Notes: a model not told the origin generated them from the letters alone. DNA of 64,000 bases from Candidatus Cyclobacteriaceae bacterium M2_1C_046 (GCA_051418055.1 JBPRGH010000136.1:24507-88506), one strand, 5' to 3'. Numbered from the stretch's first letter, positions 40,081-50,064 are shown. Numbers and translations: made by a program.

Positions 40081-42702
40081 ATGAATAAGCTATTTCTTTC
40101 TCTGATTTTGTTATTCCTGCAGTTTTCATCAGGAATATGCCAAACGGGGGACTACTATATTACCCATCATACACCTAATGGAAATGCCGATCCATCATCT
40201 AATTTTAGTATGGTACAGCACCCTAATGGAATTCTTTCTTTTGCTAACAGGAGTGGAATCCTTCAGTTTGACGGCAAAAATTGGGAAATTTTTGGTTCTA
40301 AAGGAACTCCGCTGGATTTAATTGCTGCAAAGGATGGAGTTTATGCTGCGGGTATTTTTGGAGTAGGCTTTTATTCTTATAACGACCCTGAGCACTTCTT
40401 CACTTTACATGATGATCGTGCATTATCCGGTGTTAACCAGATAGAATTATTTAATGATACGCTTATAGGTCTATCATCTGATAATCTCTTTATTTTTTCT
40501 GCCTCAGAGAAAAAGTTGCTAAAATCTTTAACAATCGAGCTGAGTTTCTTTCAAAAGATACTGGTATTGGACAAGAAACCTTTAATTGTTACATCAAAAG
40601 GTAATTATTGGCTTGAGAATGGAAAACTGGCTTTTGCTGATGATGTGCCGGATAAAAACCTCGCTTTTTCCCTTGTGGTTGAGGAAGATACTATACTCGG
40701 GACTACAGATGGCCAACTCTTTAAAAAGGAAGTTAGTAATTGGATACCCATTGATCTTAACATGGACTTTTTTAAAGGTGATTTTCTAAATCTTTCCTTT
40801 TCGGAAGGTATTTCTGTAGGCAATGGAATAATAGCCATTTCATCAGTAAATGAAGGAGTACTTATAATTGACTATAAATCAAAAAAATTAAAGAGTGCAG
40901 TAAATCAGCATAATGGCCTTTCTGACAATGAGATTTTCTTTATCTCCTCAGATAGAGAAGGAGGAATATGGGTCGGCCATGCTTTTGGCTTAAGCCGGAT
41001 CGATATTAATCTTCCATATGGAGTTTATGAAAATTTCCCGGGACTGGAGGGGAATTTACAGGTAGTAGTATCCCATAAGGATAATATTTTTGTAGGCACC
41101 AGCACAGGTTTATACAAGCTTGATCAGATAAAAGATTACGAGGATGTAACCTATTTTGTTAAAAAGAAAAAGAACAAAGAGAAAGCCGCGAAAGATACAC
41201 AAAACACCAAAGGATTGTTTGATTTCCTGAAAAGGAAACAGCAAAAAGAAGAGTCTCCATTGGATAGTTTACAGCCCGATTATACTCTGGAGAAGAGAAT
41301 TGAGAAGAGGTTAGCAAGTGTAGATTATGTTTTTAAAAAAATTGAGCAAATAGATAGTAAAGTCATCCAATTATTATCAGTAAAGGATGAGCTCTTAGTA
41401 GTGACATTAAATGGTCTGTTTTTGCTTAGGGGGGAGGAAATAAATTTAATTACCGCTAAGCCTGTAAAATTTGCCTGGATTGATAAGGATGCTAAACTAG
41501 TTATTGCCAACACCTATAGCGGTGAGTTATTAACATTTGAAAAAAATAAACTTAATGAATGGCAACAGGCATCACATTTTGCCGGTTATCAGGATTTCCT
41601 TCTGGATATTTATCAGGATTCAAAAAGCAGGATCTGGTTTGTTTCCGCTGAGGAAGTTTATTGGCTTACATTTTCCGAAGGTGAAATCATTCCCGGAGCA
41701 GAGTTATCTTTTACCAATTCTTATTTACATCCTACCTATGTTTTTGAAAATTCAGAAGGGGAAATTATAGTTAAAAATAAAGAGGGTGTATTCGTTTATG
41801 ATGAATTCAATAAACGTCTGATCTATCGTCGAGAACCCCTGACACAAAAATTTATAAAGACTAATAATGAGCTTTGGGAGTTTAAGGGAGATCGATGGAG
41901 AAACTCTAAAGGTTTTGAAAATAAGTGGCTTAATGTACTTGATGATGTATCATACATTGATTTGGATGAGGATCAAAGTATATATTTAATTTCCGGAGCA
42001 AATCAATTATTAAAGATATCTCCAAATCAAAATGACCCTCAGGCAAAGCCTCAGTATCCCATTGTTGTGAAGTCAATAAAAGATAACGGAGAGGAGGTTA
42101 CTTTAGAAAAGACATTGCGCTTTATACAAAGACAAAGTGATCTCACTTTTGAAATTATCCAACCCGAGTATAGTGGAATAATCGATGTGAAATATCAATA
42201 TCGGATTAAAGGCCTCTCAGATGGCTGGTCTCCCTGGGCAGGTGATAATAATATAATATTTCTCCCATTTGTACCGGAGGGTTCTTACAAGCTTGAAATA
42301 AGGAGCAAAAATGATTTTGGATTCGTGCAAAAGCTTTCTGCGATACCTTTTGAAGTAGTACCACCATATTGGCAGAGGCCATGGTTTTATGCATTCGAAT
42401 TCACAATATTGGCTATACTTCTTTTTGTAACTATTCATTTAAACCATAATGCCCCACGTTATCAGCTTTTTAATAAGCTTTTGGCTTTTCTTACTTTAAT
42501 TTTAATTATTGAATTTATCCAGGTGTCAGCCGAATCAAAATTCCCATCAGATTTTTCACCTGTTGTTGCTTTTTTTATTCAGGTGGTAATTGCCTTTATT
42601 GTTTTACCAGTAGAGGGTTTCCTGAGAAAGGTGATTATGCGCGATAAAAAGATATCTTTTAAAAGCTTATTTATAAGAGGTAAAAAATCAAAAATTTATT
42701 GA
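40081..42702 (+). CDS. Beta-propeller / Y_Y_Y ligand-binding sensor domain protein with C-terminal TM segments and no output domain
   Basis: Signal peptide. Two-component-regulator propeller-like repeats. Y_Y_Y motif (DVKYQYRIKGLSDGWSPW...PEGSYKLEIRSKN). About 3 TM helices follow, then the stop codon. Confidence 0.8.
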   Translation: MNKLFLSLILLFLQFSSGICQTGDYYITHHTPNGNADPSSNFSMVQHPNGILSFANRSGILQFDGKNWEIFGSKGTPLDLIAAKDGVYAAGIFGVGFYSYNDPEHFFTLHDDRALSGVNQIELFNDTLIGLSSDNLFIFSASEKKLLKSLTIELSFFQKILVLDKKPLIVTSKGNYWLENGKLAFADDVPDKNLAFSLVVEEDTILGTTDGQLFKKEVSNWIPIDLNMDFFKGDFLNLSFSEGISVGNGIIAISSVNEGVLIIDYKSKKLKSAVNQHNGLSDNEIFFISSDREGGIWVGHAFGLSRIDINLPYGVYENFPGLEGNLQVVVSHKDNIFVGTSTGLYKLDQIKDYEDVTYFVKKKKNKEKAAKDTQNTKGLFDFLKRKQQKEESPLDSLQPDYTLEKRIEKRLASVDYVFKKIEQIDSKVIQLLSVKDELLVVTLNGLFLLRGEEINLITAKPVKFAWIDKDAKLVIANTYSGELLTFEKNKLNEWQQASHFAGYQDFLLDIYQDSKSRIWFVSAEEVYWLTFSEGEIIPGAELSFTNSYLHPTYVFENSEGEIIVKNKEGVFVYDEFNKRLIYRREPLTQKFIKTNNELWEFKGDRWRNSKGFENKWLNVLDDVSYIDLDEDQSIYLISGANQLLKISPNQNDPQAKPQYPIVVKSIKDNGEEVTLEKTLRFIQRQSDLTFEIIQPEYSGIIDVKYQYRIKGLSDGWSPWAGDNNIIFLPFVPEGSYKLEIRSKNDFGFVQKLSAIPFEVVPPYWQRPWFYAFEFTILAILLFVTIHLNHNAPRYQLFNKLLAFLTLILIIEFIQVSAESKFPSDFSPVVAFFIQVVIAFIVLPVEGFLRKVIMRDKKISFKSLFIRGKKSKIY

Positions 42703-44774
42703 ACAGAATATGTTGCAGTATACTCATTAACCTCACCTTTCTTAGTAATACGTAAAATCCTAAATGTATAATTTGAATTAATGTCGCTATTTCTGATTTT
42801 TAATTGATTGCCCGGAGCTACTGTAGGGTTCCATAATAATTTCTCCCTTAAATCCGGGAAGTTATCTGAGGTATAGTTTTTATCAGCGACATCGTTTCCC
42901 GATAAAACTAACCAGCCTTTGACCTCATCTTTTAAAGGATTCTCAGCGCCATCTGCAAGTGTAAAAGATATTACCCCGTTTAACCCATATAATCCAAATT
43001 GCCTTACAGTTTTTATGCTGTTTCTAATCTCCACTTTTTCAATAAATTTTGGGTCAGTTGAAATAATTTCCTCAAAATCAAAAGTTGGGATATTGTTTAT
43101 TAAAATCAGCGGGGCGCCTTCATATATATAGCTACTACCAAAAGGAAAAAGCCTTAATTCTTTTCTGCCTTCAACAGTTTTTATTGCAGTTTTAGGAATC
43201 AACTCTCTGATGAGCCTTTCTGTGGTAGGGGGTATATTAAAATTATTTAACTCCACTACATAATCAGCAGGTTTTAATAAAAGACCCTCTTTTTGATCAG
43301 GTGCATAGGAAGTGATCACTTGCTGTCTTTTTTGGTGATTGGAGAATTTATTTAATAGCTCTTCATCAACTATTAGTCCCTGTTTGATTGCAGGATAATT
43401 ATTTGATCTTTCTTTCCTTTTTAAATTTAATTTTTCTAATCTGTTTCCTCTCTCATCAAATAGATATACCAGCACTGGTGTTTCACCTGCAGGAATTTTG
43501 TTTTGTACTTCCATTACTCCTTTATAATCTTCACAGTATATATCAAGAGATTTTAGATGGTTAACCAGAAAGAATGAAATTCTGTAAAACCTGTTTTCAT
43601 AAGAACAAAGGGGAGAAAAATCATCTATTTTTTCAGGCGCATAAAATTCACCCGGATTGTAAAAGTAGAGATAAGGAGTGGTGAAGTCGGCAGGATGTAA
43701 ATCTGCAATTCGTTGATTAAAATAAAAATCCTTATAAAAAGAGGCTGATTGTGCCCCGCCCGTTTCATTCACATCCACTAGTATAAGATCATCATGGCTT
43801 GCAGCATCTAAATTAAAAGATATACTGTCTCTCTTAGCATAACTATTAGAAATAGGAACTGCGGAGGTTAAGGTCTTTGGATGATTTAACACGAGCTTTC
43901 TCTGAACAATTTTTTTCTTTGAATCAGTTAAATTAAATTCTAATACACCATTTGGAAAGGTGGCTTTTGGCAAGCGTAACTGAACACCTGGAGATATCAT
44001 TTCAGTAAAAATTGTAGAGCCTTCATGACTGACGGATAAGAAAAGCTTTTCTTTAGTTGTAAATGAGGAGGTATTTAAACTGTAGGATTTATCATCAGAC
44101 GAAAGTTCCATATAAGGATATGCTGATGAGTCAGCCTTTAATATAAGTTTTGTTTCCCCGAAAATGATTGTATAATACTGCTCATTGATTGGTTTAAAAG
44201 TATATTGAACGATGCCGTTTACATCTGTTTTCAAATACGAGAGGATAGAATCATTTTCATTGCGGATGGAACCTAAAGCCTCAATTCCTGCCTGGTCTTC
44301 ATTTAGGACTTTTATATAAATGTTATTTATTCTATCGCTTACTAATTTTTTGGTTTCTAAGACAGCTTTAATTTCAGCGACATCTTTCTTTATTGAGGCC
44401 GGTTGTTTATTTGGATTATAGATCTTAATGCGTTTAACTGCAGGCTTTACATTTTCTGCATATGTTATTATTCTATAAATTCCGGAACTAAGAGAGTCAG
44501 GGACAGGAAAATTATAATAATTATTACTCTGATGATTAATGGCTGCAGAATGAACAACTTGTCCCGTGTGTGCCACTATATCAAGATTGAGTGAAATCAA
44601 AGATTGTACAGGCTGCATCTTTTGATAATCCACTACCCACACTCCAATATTTATTTTTTCCTCTGCAAAATAAGTGGTTTTATCTGTGAGGATATAAAAA
44701 GATTTTGTCTGAGCAGTTGATACCAGAGAGGCAGCGCAAAATAAGATCAATAAAAAAGATATTCTCATCGCCAC
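42696..44774 (-). CDS. Secreted protein with MG2-like N-terminal domain and Plug-like C-terminal region; unknown function
   Basis: Signal peptide. TDKTTYFAEEKINIGVWVVD...GIYRIITYAE resembles alpha-2-macroglobulin MG2 domains. GAPLILINNIPTFDFEEIISTDPKFIEKVEIRNS...YGLNGVISFTL resembles TonB-receptor Plug motifs. It overlaps the upstream DUF4249 gene by 10 nt. Confidence 0.6.
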   Translation of the reverse strand: MAMRISFLLILFCAASLVSTAQTKSFYILTDKTTYFAEEKINIGVWVVDYQKMQPVQSLISLNLDIVAHTGQVVHSAAINHQSNNYYNFPVPDSLSSGIYRIITYAENVKPAVKRIKIYNPNKQPASIKKDVAEIKAVLETKKLVSDRINNIYIKVLNEDQAGIEALGSIRNENDSILSYLKTDVNGIVQYTFKPINEQYYTIIFGETKLILKADSSAYPYMELSSDDKSYSLNTSSFTTKEKLFLSVSHEGSTIFTEMISPGVQLRLPKATFPNGVLEFNLTDSKKKIVQRKLVLNHPKTLTSAVPISNSYAKRDSISFNLDAASHDDLILVDVNETGGAQSASFYKDFYFNQRIADLHPADFTTPYLYFYNPGEFYAPEKIDDFSPLCSYENRFYRISFFLVNHLKSLDIYCEDYKGVMEVQNKIPAGETPVLVYLFDERGNRLEKLNLKRKERSNNYPAIKQGLIVDEELLNKFSNHQKRQQVITSYAPDQKEGLLLKPADYVVELNNFNIPPTTERLIRELIPKTAIKTVEGRKELRLFPFGSSYIYEGAPLILINNIPTFDFEEIISTDPKFIEKVEIRNSIKTVRQFGLYGLNGVISFTLADGAENPLKDEVKGWLVLSGNDVADKNYTSDNFPDLREKLLWNPTVAPGNQLKIRNSDINSNYTFRILRITKKGEVNEYTATYSVQ

Positions 44775-45853
44775 CAGAAAGGTTTAGTATTAGTTATAAT
44801 GTTTCCTCCGCTTCTATATTTGAGGCAATTAAGACACTCCGGCTCTGGAAAAGCAGGAAAACCCGGTGGAGGAATACATGGGTCATCATAGGAAACACGG
44901 TAAGAAAGATCATCTAAACTAAAATACCACCTTTGAACCTTTTCATCTAAAACCTGGAAATATCCCACTGCCTCTTCATTATTATTAATAGGTGTAATAT
45001 TACTTCTTATATTATATGGAGGTGGATCAAATATACTTCCTCTTTCTCCCTGAAGTTTCAGGTCTTGCCAGAACTGGAAATTATCTTCACTCATGGAATG
45101 CTGTTTTATAAAAACAGAAAATTCATGTTTAATTCGCGTATTAGATGTTTCTATGAAGAAAAGATCCTGTTTATAGCCGCCAACACGATCCTCCTTTAAG
45201 ATTATTTCATCAAAATAATGATCACTGGTAACCCAGCAGGTTTTGTAAAGACTGTTATCACTGGCACGGCTGGCTACATAAATCCAGGACGGAGTTAATT
45301 CCCATCTATAAAAAAGTTTGCCCTTATCATTTTCGGGTATTGCAATTTTAACGTCCACTCCTTTAACTGTTACCAAAGTAGACACACCATTAACATCAAT
45401 GAATCTATTATATTCTACCTCTTCGAAAGTAACTTCCCCCATACCCGGGGCTGGTTTTACTTCTTCAAAACCTGATTCAAATTGTTTCCCATCAGGGAGG
45501 GTGATAATTAATTTATATTTTTTTCCAGGCTCAGCTTTAAAATCCATGTCGTAAAGAAAATAAACACCACCCTGGATTGATTCCTGATAGTTCCACATAT
45601 TTCCTTCAAGATCAACTAGCATCACAAATGCCCCACTTGCAGCTAGGTCTTTTTCATTTGAAACCGGGCTTGTCCATGATAATTTTACATTAAAAAGTTG
45701 TGGCTCAATGGGATAAGAACTTAATTCCCTATATGAAAGGGTTGATATATATCCCTGCACAACCAGTTTTGGTTCTTCATTAGATGTATCAAACTCTATA
45801 GGCTCAATACAAGCCATAAGAAAGAGTAATATGATGAAGGATATTTTTTTCAT
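44765..45853 (-). CDS. DUF4249-like lipoprotein (copy 1, downstream of the receptor)
   Basis: Lipobox LMAC. It sits 19 bp downstream of a TonB-dependent receptor, which is the usual DUF4249 context. It is a full-length paralogue of 48820-49893. Confidence 0.75.
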   Translation of the reverse strand: MKKISFIILLFLMACIEPIEFDTSNEEPKLVVQGYISTLSYRELSSYPIEPQLFNVKLSWTSPVSNEKDLAASGAFVMLVDLEGNMWNYQESIQGGVYFLYDMDFKAEPGKKYKLIITLPDGKQFESGFEEVKPAPGMGEVTFEEVEYNRFIDVNGVSTLVTVKGVDVKIAIPENDKGKLFYRWELTPSWIYVASRASDNSLYKTCWVTSDHYFDEIILKEDRVGGYKQDLFFIETSNTRIKHEFSVFIKQHSMSEDNFQFWQDLKLQGERGSIFDPPPYNIRSNITPINNNEEAVGYFQVLDEKVQRWYFSLDDLSYRVSYDDPCIPPPGFPAFPEPECLNCLKYRSGGNIITNTKPFWWR

Positions 45854-45872
45854 TTATCTATAAAATCCACAG

Positions 45873-48530
45873 TTAGAATTTAAAATTATATGATAAAGAT
45901 GGAAATACAGTACCCAGTATAGAGAGCTGATAAGCAAATCCATCCTGATTAAAAAATACGGAGTATGCATTTTTTCTACCGTAGACATTAAAAACAGAGA
46001 GCACCCATTCTCCCTCAAATTTCTTTTTCCTCAGGCTGGGCTTAAGTGTAAGTGAAAGGTCTAGCCGGTGGTAATCAGGAATTCTATATTCGTTACGTTC
46101 GGAATAGTTAAGGACTGAAAGCACCCGATCATAACTAAATTTAGAAACAGGCACCGTTACAGGTCGCCCGGTGCTGTAAGAAAAATTAGCTGAAAACACA
46201 AGCCGTGCTGCAAATTTATAGTTTAGTATTAATGACAAATTATGCGGCTGATCAAAGTTAGAAGGATAATATGCGCCTTCATTTACTTCCAGAATAGGAT
46301 TAATGTTTGAGAACTGGCGTAAGCTGCGACTATAAGTATATGAGACCCACCCGGTAAGGTATCCTGCATTTTTTTTCATGAAAAGCTCCAGCCCATAAGC
46401 TTTTCCATCTCCCTGGAGGAGATCCCCTTCAAGCTCTTTATTTAAAAAGATATCAGCCCCTTCTCTATAATCCACTACATTATCAAGCGTTTTGTAGTAT
46501 GCTTCGGCATTTAACTCATAATCATTGTTTTTTAGGTTTTTGAAAATCCCTATAGAAAATTGATTTCCAGTTTGAGGTTGTAAATTTTGACCACTTGCCA
46601 TCCAATAATCCTGAGGGGTTACAGAAACAGTATTTGAAATTAAATGAAGATACTGCCGTGTACGATAATAGCTAAGTTTCAAAGAGGCTGACGGAGAAAG
46701 AAGATATCTCATAGACGCCCTGGGTTCTAATCCACCATAATCCTTAATTATATCATTTGTCCCATAACTAATTGAATCTGTGATAAAAGACTCACCGTTT
46801 GAATCATAATCAAATAGATAGGCCATGTCAGGGCCGAGCCTAAAAAAGTGTGAATATCTTAATCCAATAGAAACTGCCAGTTTATTTGACAGATCAATCT
46901 CATCATCGATAAAAATTGCTGTCTCCAGAGATCGTTGCTCATTCAATTTTTTTGGCTCAATATTACTGACTTCCTCCAGTGGATTAAGCTCCCCTGGAAG
47001 TAGGGTAATGAATGACCCTTCTATTCCAAACTCAATGGCATTAGAGGAGGATACTGTGTAGCGGGAGTTGTATTTTAAGCTGTTATTTGAAATGTTATTC
47101 TTATAAAGAAATGCATCAACACCCTCTTTCTTATCAACACTGCTTTGATAATTTGAATTGGCAAGAGTTAAACTTCCGATCATTGATGGATTGAAAATAT
47201 GATTCCATTCCAAAGAGAAATTTTTTGTATTCCACGAAAAGGTAGTATCTGCTGCAAACTTAAATTCATCATCACTGTAGTAGAACGAAGCCGTAAGCTG
47301 ATCCTTATCACTTATTTTATGGTATATTTTAGCGTTGACATCATAAAATTGTGCTGAGCTGTTATAGATATTGGCATCATCAACCTGCCGGAGGAGCCAA
47401 TTATTATAAGAGCCTCTTCCGCCAATAATAAATGAAGTTTTATTTTTTGCAATTGGGCCTTCCAAAGTAAGCCTGCTTGATATTAAACCTATACCCCCGG
47501 ACACTTTATATTCTTCCAGGTTCCCGTGCCGTAAATTTATATTTAATACTGAAGAAGTTCGGCCCCCAAATTTTGCAGGTCCCCCACCTTTATGTAGTGT
47601 AACATTATTTACTAAATCAGGATTAAACGCAGAAAAAAAACCGAATAAGTGTGAAGGGTTATATATGACGGCACCATCCTGCAGGATCAGGTTCTCACCG
47701 GAATCCCCTCCTCTAACATTAAACCCTGAAGAAGCTTCACCGGGTGTGCTAACCCCAGGTAAGGTTGTCAGGCTTTTAATAGGATCAATTTCCCCCATAA
47801 AAGTAGGGAGTTGCTTAATTGATTCTATTCCTAGATTTTCAACCCCGGAAATACGATTTTGAACATTATAATCCGCACCTTCAGCCGTTACAGTTAGCTC
47901 TCTAAGCTGCATTGTGCCTGAAAACAATTCAATATTAAAAGTACCCTCTGATCGAATTGCAACATCAAAAGCTTTCTTTTCATAACCAACAAAACCTGCC
48001 TCTATTGTGTAGCGGCCTGTAGGTACTTTTAATTGATATCCGCCACTCATATCAGCTATTGCTCCAGCCTTCAAGGATTTGATTTCAACTAAAGCACCAA
48101 TAAGAGGTTCTTCGTTGCTGCCATCAGAAATAGTTCCTGAAATATTTACCACCCCTTTACTCTGAGCCGAAGGTTTTCCAATAATGATCACATCAGAATT
48201 GGTTTGAATAATTTTATTTAATGTAGCCTCTTTAGATAAAAGAAGGATTATATTACTGCCGTAATCAGTGAAATTAAGACCAGAATGTTTAAGATTACTT
48301 TTTAAAAAATCATTTAAGGAGATCCCTTTTGTGGGGAAAGCAACATTAATTGAATCAATCCATTCGGGCATGAAAAAGAAATCTAAATCATGTTGCTTTT
48401 CGATCAGTTCAAAAGCATCAGGTAATTTTTTCCCATTATAATCATTAGTAAGAATTACAGATTCAGGAGCTTGAGAAAACCCAAGGTTCGCAGTAAATAA
48501 AAATATAAGAAGGATTATAGTATTCTTCAT
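45873..48530 (-). CDS. TonB-dependent receptor with carboxypeptidase-regulatory-like domain and an N-terminal extension
   Basis: CarbopepD_reg-like segment (ISGTISDGSNEEPLIGALVEI...GYQLKVPTGRYTIEAGFVGY). Plug motif (LPGVSTPGEASSGFNVRGGDSGENLILQDGAVIYNPSHLFGFFSAFN). Barrel ending in ...YNFKF. Confidence 0.9.
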   Translation of the reverse strand: MKNTIILLIFLFTANLGFSQAPESVILTNDYNGKKLPDAFELIEKQHDLDFFFMPEWIDSINVAFPTKGISLNDFLKSNLKHSGLNFTDYGSNIILLLSKEATLNKIIQTNSDVIIIGKPSAQSKGVVNISGTISDGSNEEPLIGALVEIKSLKAGAIADMSGGYQLKVPTGRYTIEAGFVGYEKKAFDVAIRSEGTFNIELFSGTMQLRELTVTAEGADYNVQNRISGVENLGIESIKQLPTFMGEIDPIKSLTTLPGVSTPGEASSGFNVRGGDSGENLILQDGAVIYNPSHLFGFFSAFNPDLVNNVTLHKGGGPAKFGGRTSSVLNINLRHGNLEEYKVSGGIGLISSRLTLEGPIAKNKTSFIIGGRGSYNNWLLRQVDDANIYNSSAQFYDVNAKIYHKISDKDQLTASFYYSDDEFKFAADTTFSWNTKNFSLEWNHIFNPSMIGSLTLANSNYQSSVDKKEGVDAFLYKNNISNNSLKYNSRYTVSSSNAIEFGIEGSFITLLPGELNPLEEVSNIEPKKLNEQRSLETAIFIDDEIDLSNKLAVSIGLRYSHFFRLGPDMAYLFDYDSNGESFITDSISYGTNDIIKDYGGLEPRASMRYLLSPSASLKLSYYRTRQYLHLISNTVSVTPQDYWMASGQNLQPQTGNQFSIGIFKNLKNNDYELNAEAYYKTLDNVVDYREGADIFLNKELEGDLLQGDGKAYGLELFMKKNAGYLTGWVSYTYSRSLRQFSNINPILEVNEGAYYPSNFDQPHNLSLILNYKFAARLVFSANFSYSTGRPVTVPVSKFSYDRVLSVLNYSERNEYRIPDYHRLDLSLTLKPSLRKKKFEGEWVLSVFNVYGRKNAYSVFFNQDGFAYQLSILGTVFPSLSYNFKF

Positions 48531-48819
48531 TTGAGATCAGGAAAGACTAATTTTACTCTTCTTCGAGTGATATTATCCCCGGACACCAATTATTGGGAAA
48601 GAGTTGGAACAAATTTTATTTTTTTAGCAATTTAGGAATTAAATGAAAATCAAAAATGTACGGAAGTTTTTTTATCTAATTAATTATTTATCTGGATATT
48701 ATGCCTATCAAATTTAGTTAATAATTAAAATTTGCAATTGTGCTGGTTTTTAATTTATATGGGTGGTAAATCTTCTGCTTAAAGGGTAATTTTCTTTCAC
48801 TGTGTTTTAAAATTTATCT

Positions 48820-49893
48820 CTATCGCCACCATTTAGGTTTTTGATTTGCTAATTCACCTCCACCTCTATACAAAGTACAATTATAGCAAGAAGCAGGTGG
48901 CATTGGCATGAAACACACATTATCAAAGGAGTAAGGGTAGGATAAATCATCAAATGTAAAGTACCAGCGTTTTGTTCCTTCATGGAGAACCTGAAAAAAA
49001 CCTAACACCTGATCGTCTGAATTTATAGCTACAATGTTGCTACTAATATTGTATGGAGGGGTATCAAAAATACTCCCACGCGCTCTTTGTGCCTCAATAT
49101 CACTCCAAAAATGATAGGCCTCCTCACTCATTGAAAATTGCTTAATTAAAACAGTAAATTCAGGATATAATCTTGTATTCTTTCTGTTAAGGAAGAATAA
49201 ACGTTGCTCATATCCACCGACTCTATCTTCTTTTATAATTATATCTTTAAAATAATAATTACTTGTGATATAACACGTTTTATTTGGATCATTTACAGAG
49301 GCCAATTCAGCTAAATAGATCCATGAAGGTATAAGCTCCCATCTGTAAAAGTTTTTACCATCTTCATTGGGAGGAATTTTAACAAAAACCTCAATACCTT
49401 TTTCTGTAGTTAAAATTGGAGTTCCTCCGACATCAATAAAAGCTGTTCGTTCTACCTCTTCAAAATCAATGTCACCAATTGGAGGTGCAGGATAAAGTCT
49501 CTGAAATGCTGATTCATATTTTTTTCCATCAGCTAGGATAATTACTAATTTATACTCATTCCCTTCTTCAGCTTTAAAATTTTTGTCCAGTAAGTAATAT
49601 ATGCCATTTTCAATTTCCTGATAATTCCAGGTTTTGCCAGTATTGTCGCTTAATATAATTTCAGCATTGGGTTCGGCAGTATCTGCTTCATTTGAAACAT
49701 TACTCGTCCAGTTTAATTTTACGGTAAAATATCGGGAGGTGTATGGGAGCTGCTCGGAATCATTAAACGAAACGTTTGAAATATAACCCTGGACCGTCAG
49801 TTTGGGTACTTCACCTGAAGTATCAAATTCTATTGGATCAATACATCCGAACAGAAATAAAAAAAAGAAATTTATAAGCGGGTTTTTAAACAT
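48820..49893 (-). CDS. DUF4249-like lipoprotein (copy 2, upstream of the receptor)
   Basis: Lipobox LFGC. It is collinear with copy 1 (CIDPIEFDTS, FYRWELIPSWIY, KEDRVGGY, RGSIFDTPPYNI and a KPKWWR end). Confidence 0.75.
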   Translation of the reverse strand: MFKNPLINFFFLFLFGCIDPIEFDTSGEVPKLTVQGYISNVSFNDSEQLPYTSRYFTVKLNWTSNVSNEADTAEPNAEIILSDNTGKTWNYQEIENGIYYLLDKNFKAEEGNEYKLVIILADGKKYESAFQRLYPAPPIGDIDFEEVERTAFIDVGGTPILTTEKGIEVFVKIPPNEDGKNFYRWELIPSWIYLAELASVNDPNKTCYITSNYYFKDIIIKEDRVGGYEQRLFFLNRKNTRLYPEFTVLIKQFSMSEEAYHFWSDIEAQRARGSIFDTPPYNISSNIVAINSDDQVLGFFQVLHEGTKRWYFTFDDLSYPYSFDNVCFMPMPPASCYNCTLYRGGGELANQKPKWWR

Positions 49894-50064
49894 CAGGTAA
49901 ATAAGCCATTTATTTTAAATATTAAATTAAGGATTATTATTGACATCTGCTTTTAACCAAAAAGCCTTTTAAATTTAAAGATATGATGATCCTCATTAAG
50001 ATGTCTGTCACGTCTGGATCACAAAAATTGATTAAATTGCCAATATTCAAACAGCGATTAAAAT

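Noticed and set aside
49983-49994. The 12-mer atgatgatcctc recurs at 53366-53377
   Set aside because: It is a short AT-rich coincidence with no extended similarity around it.
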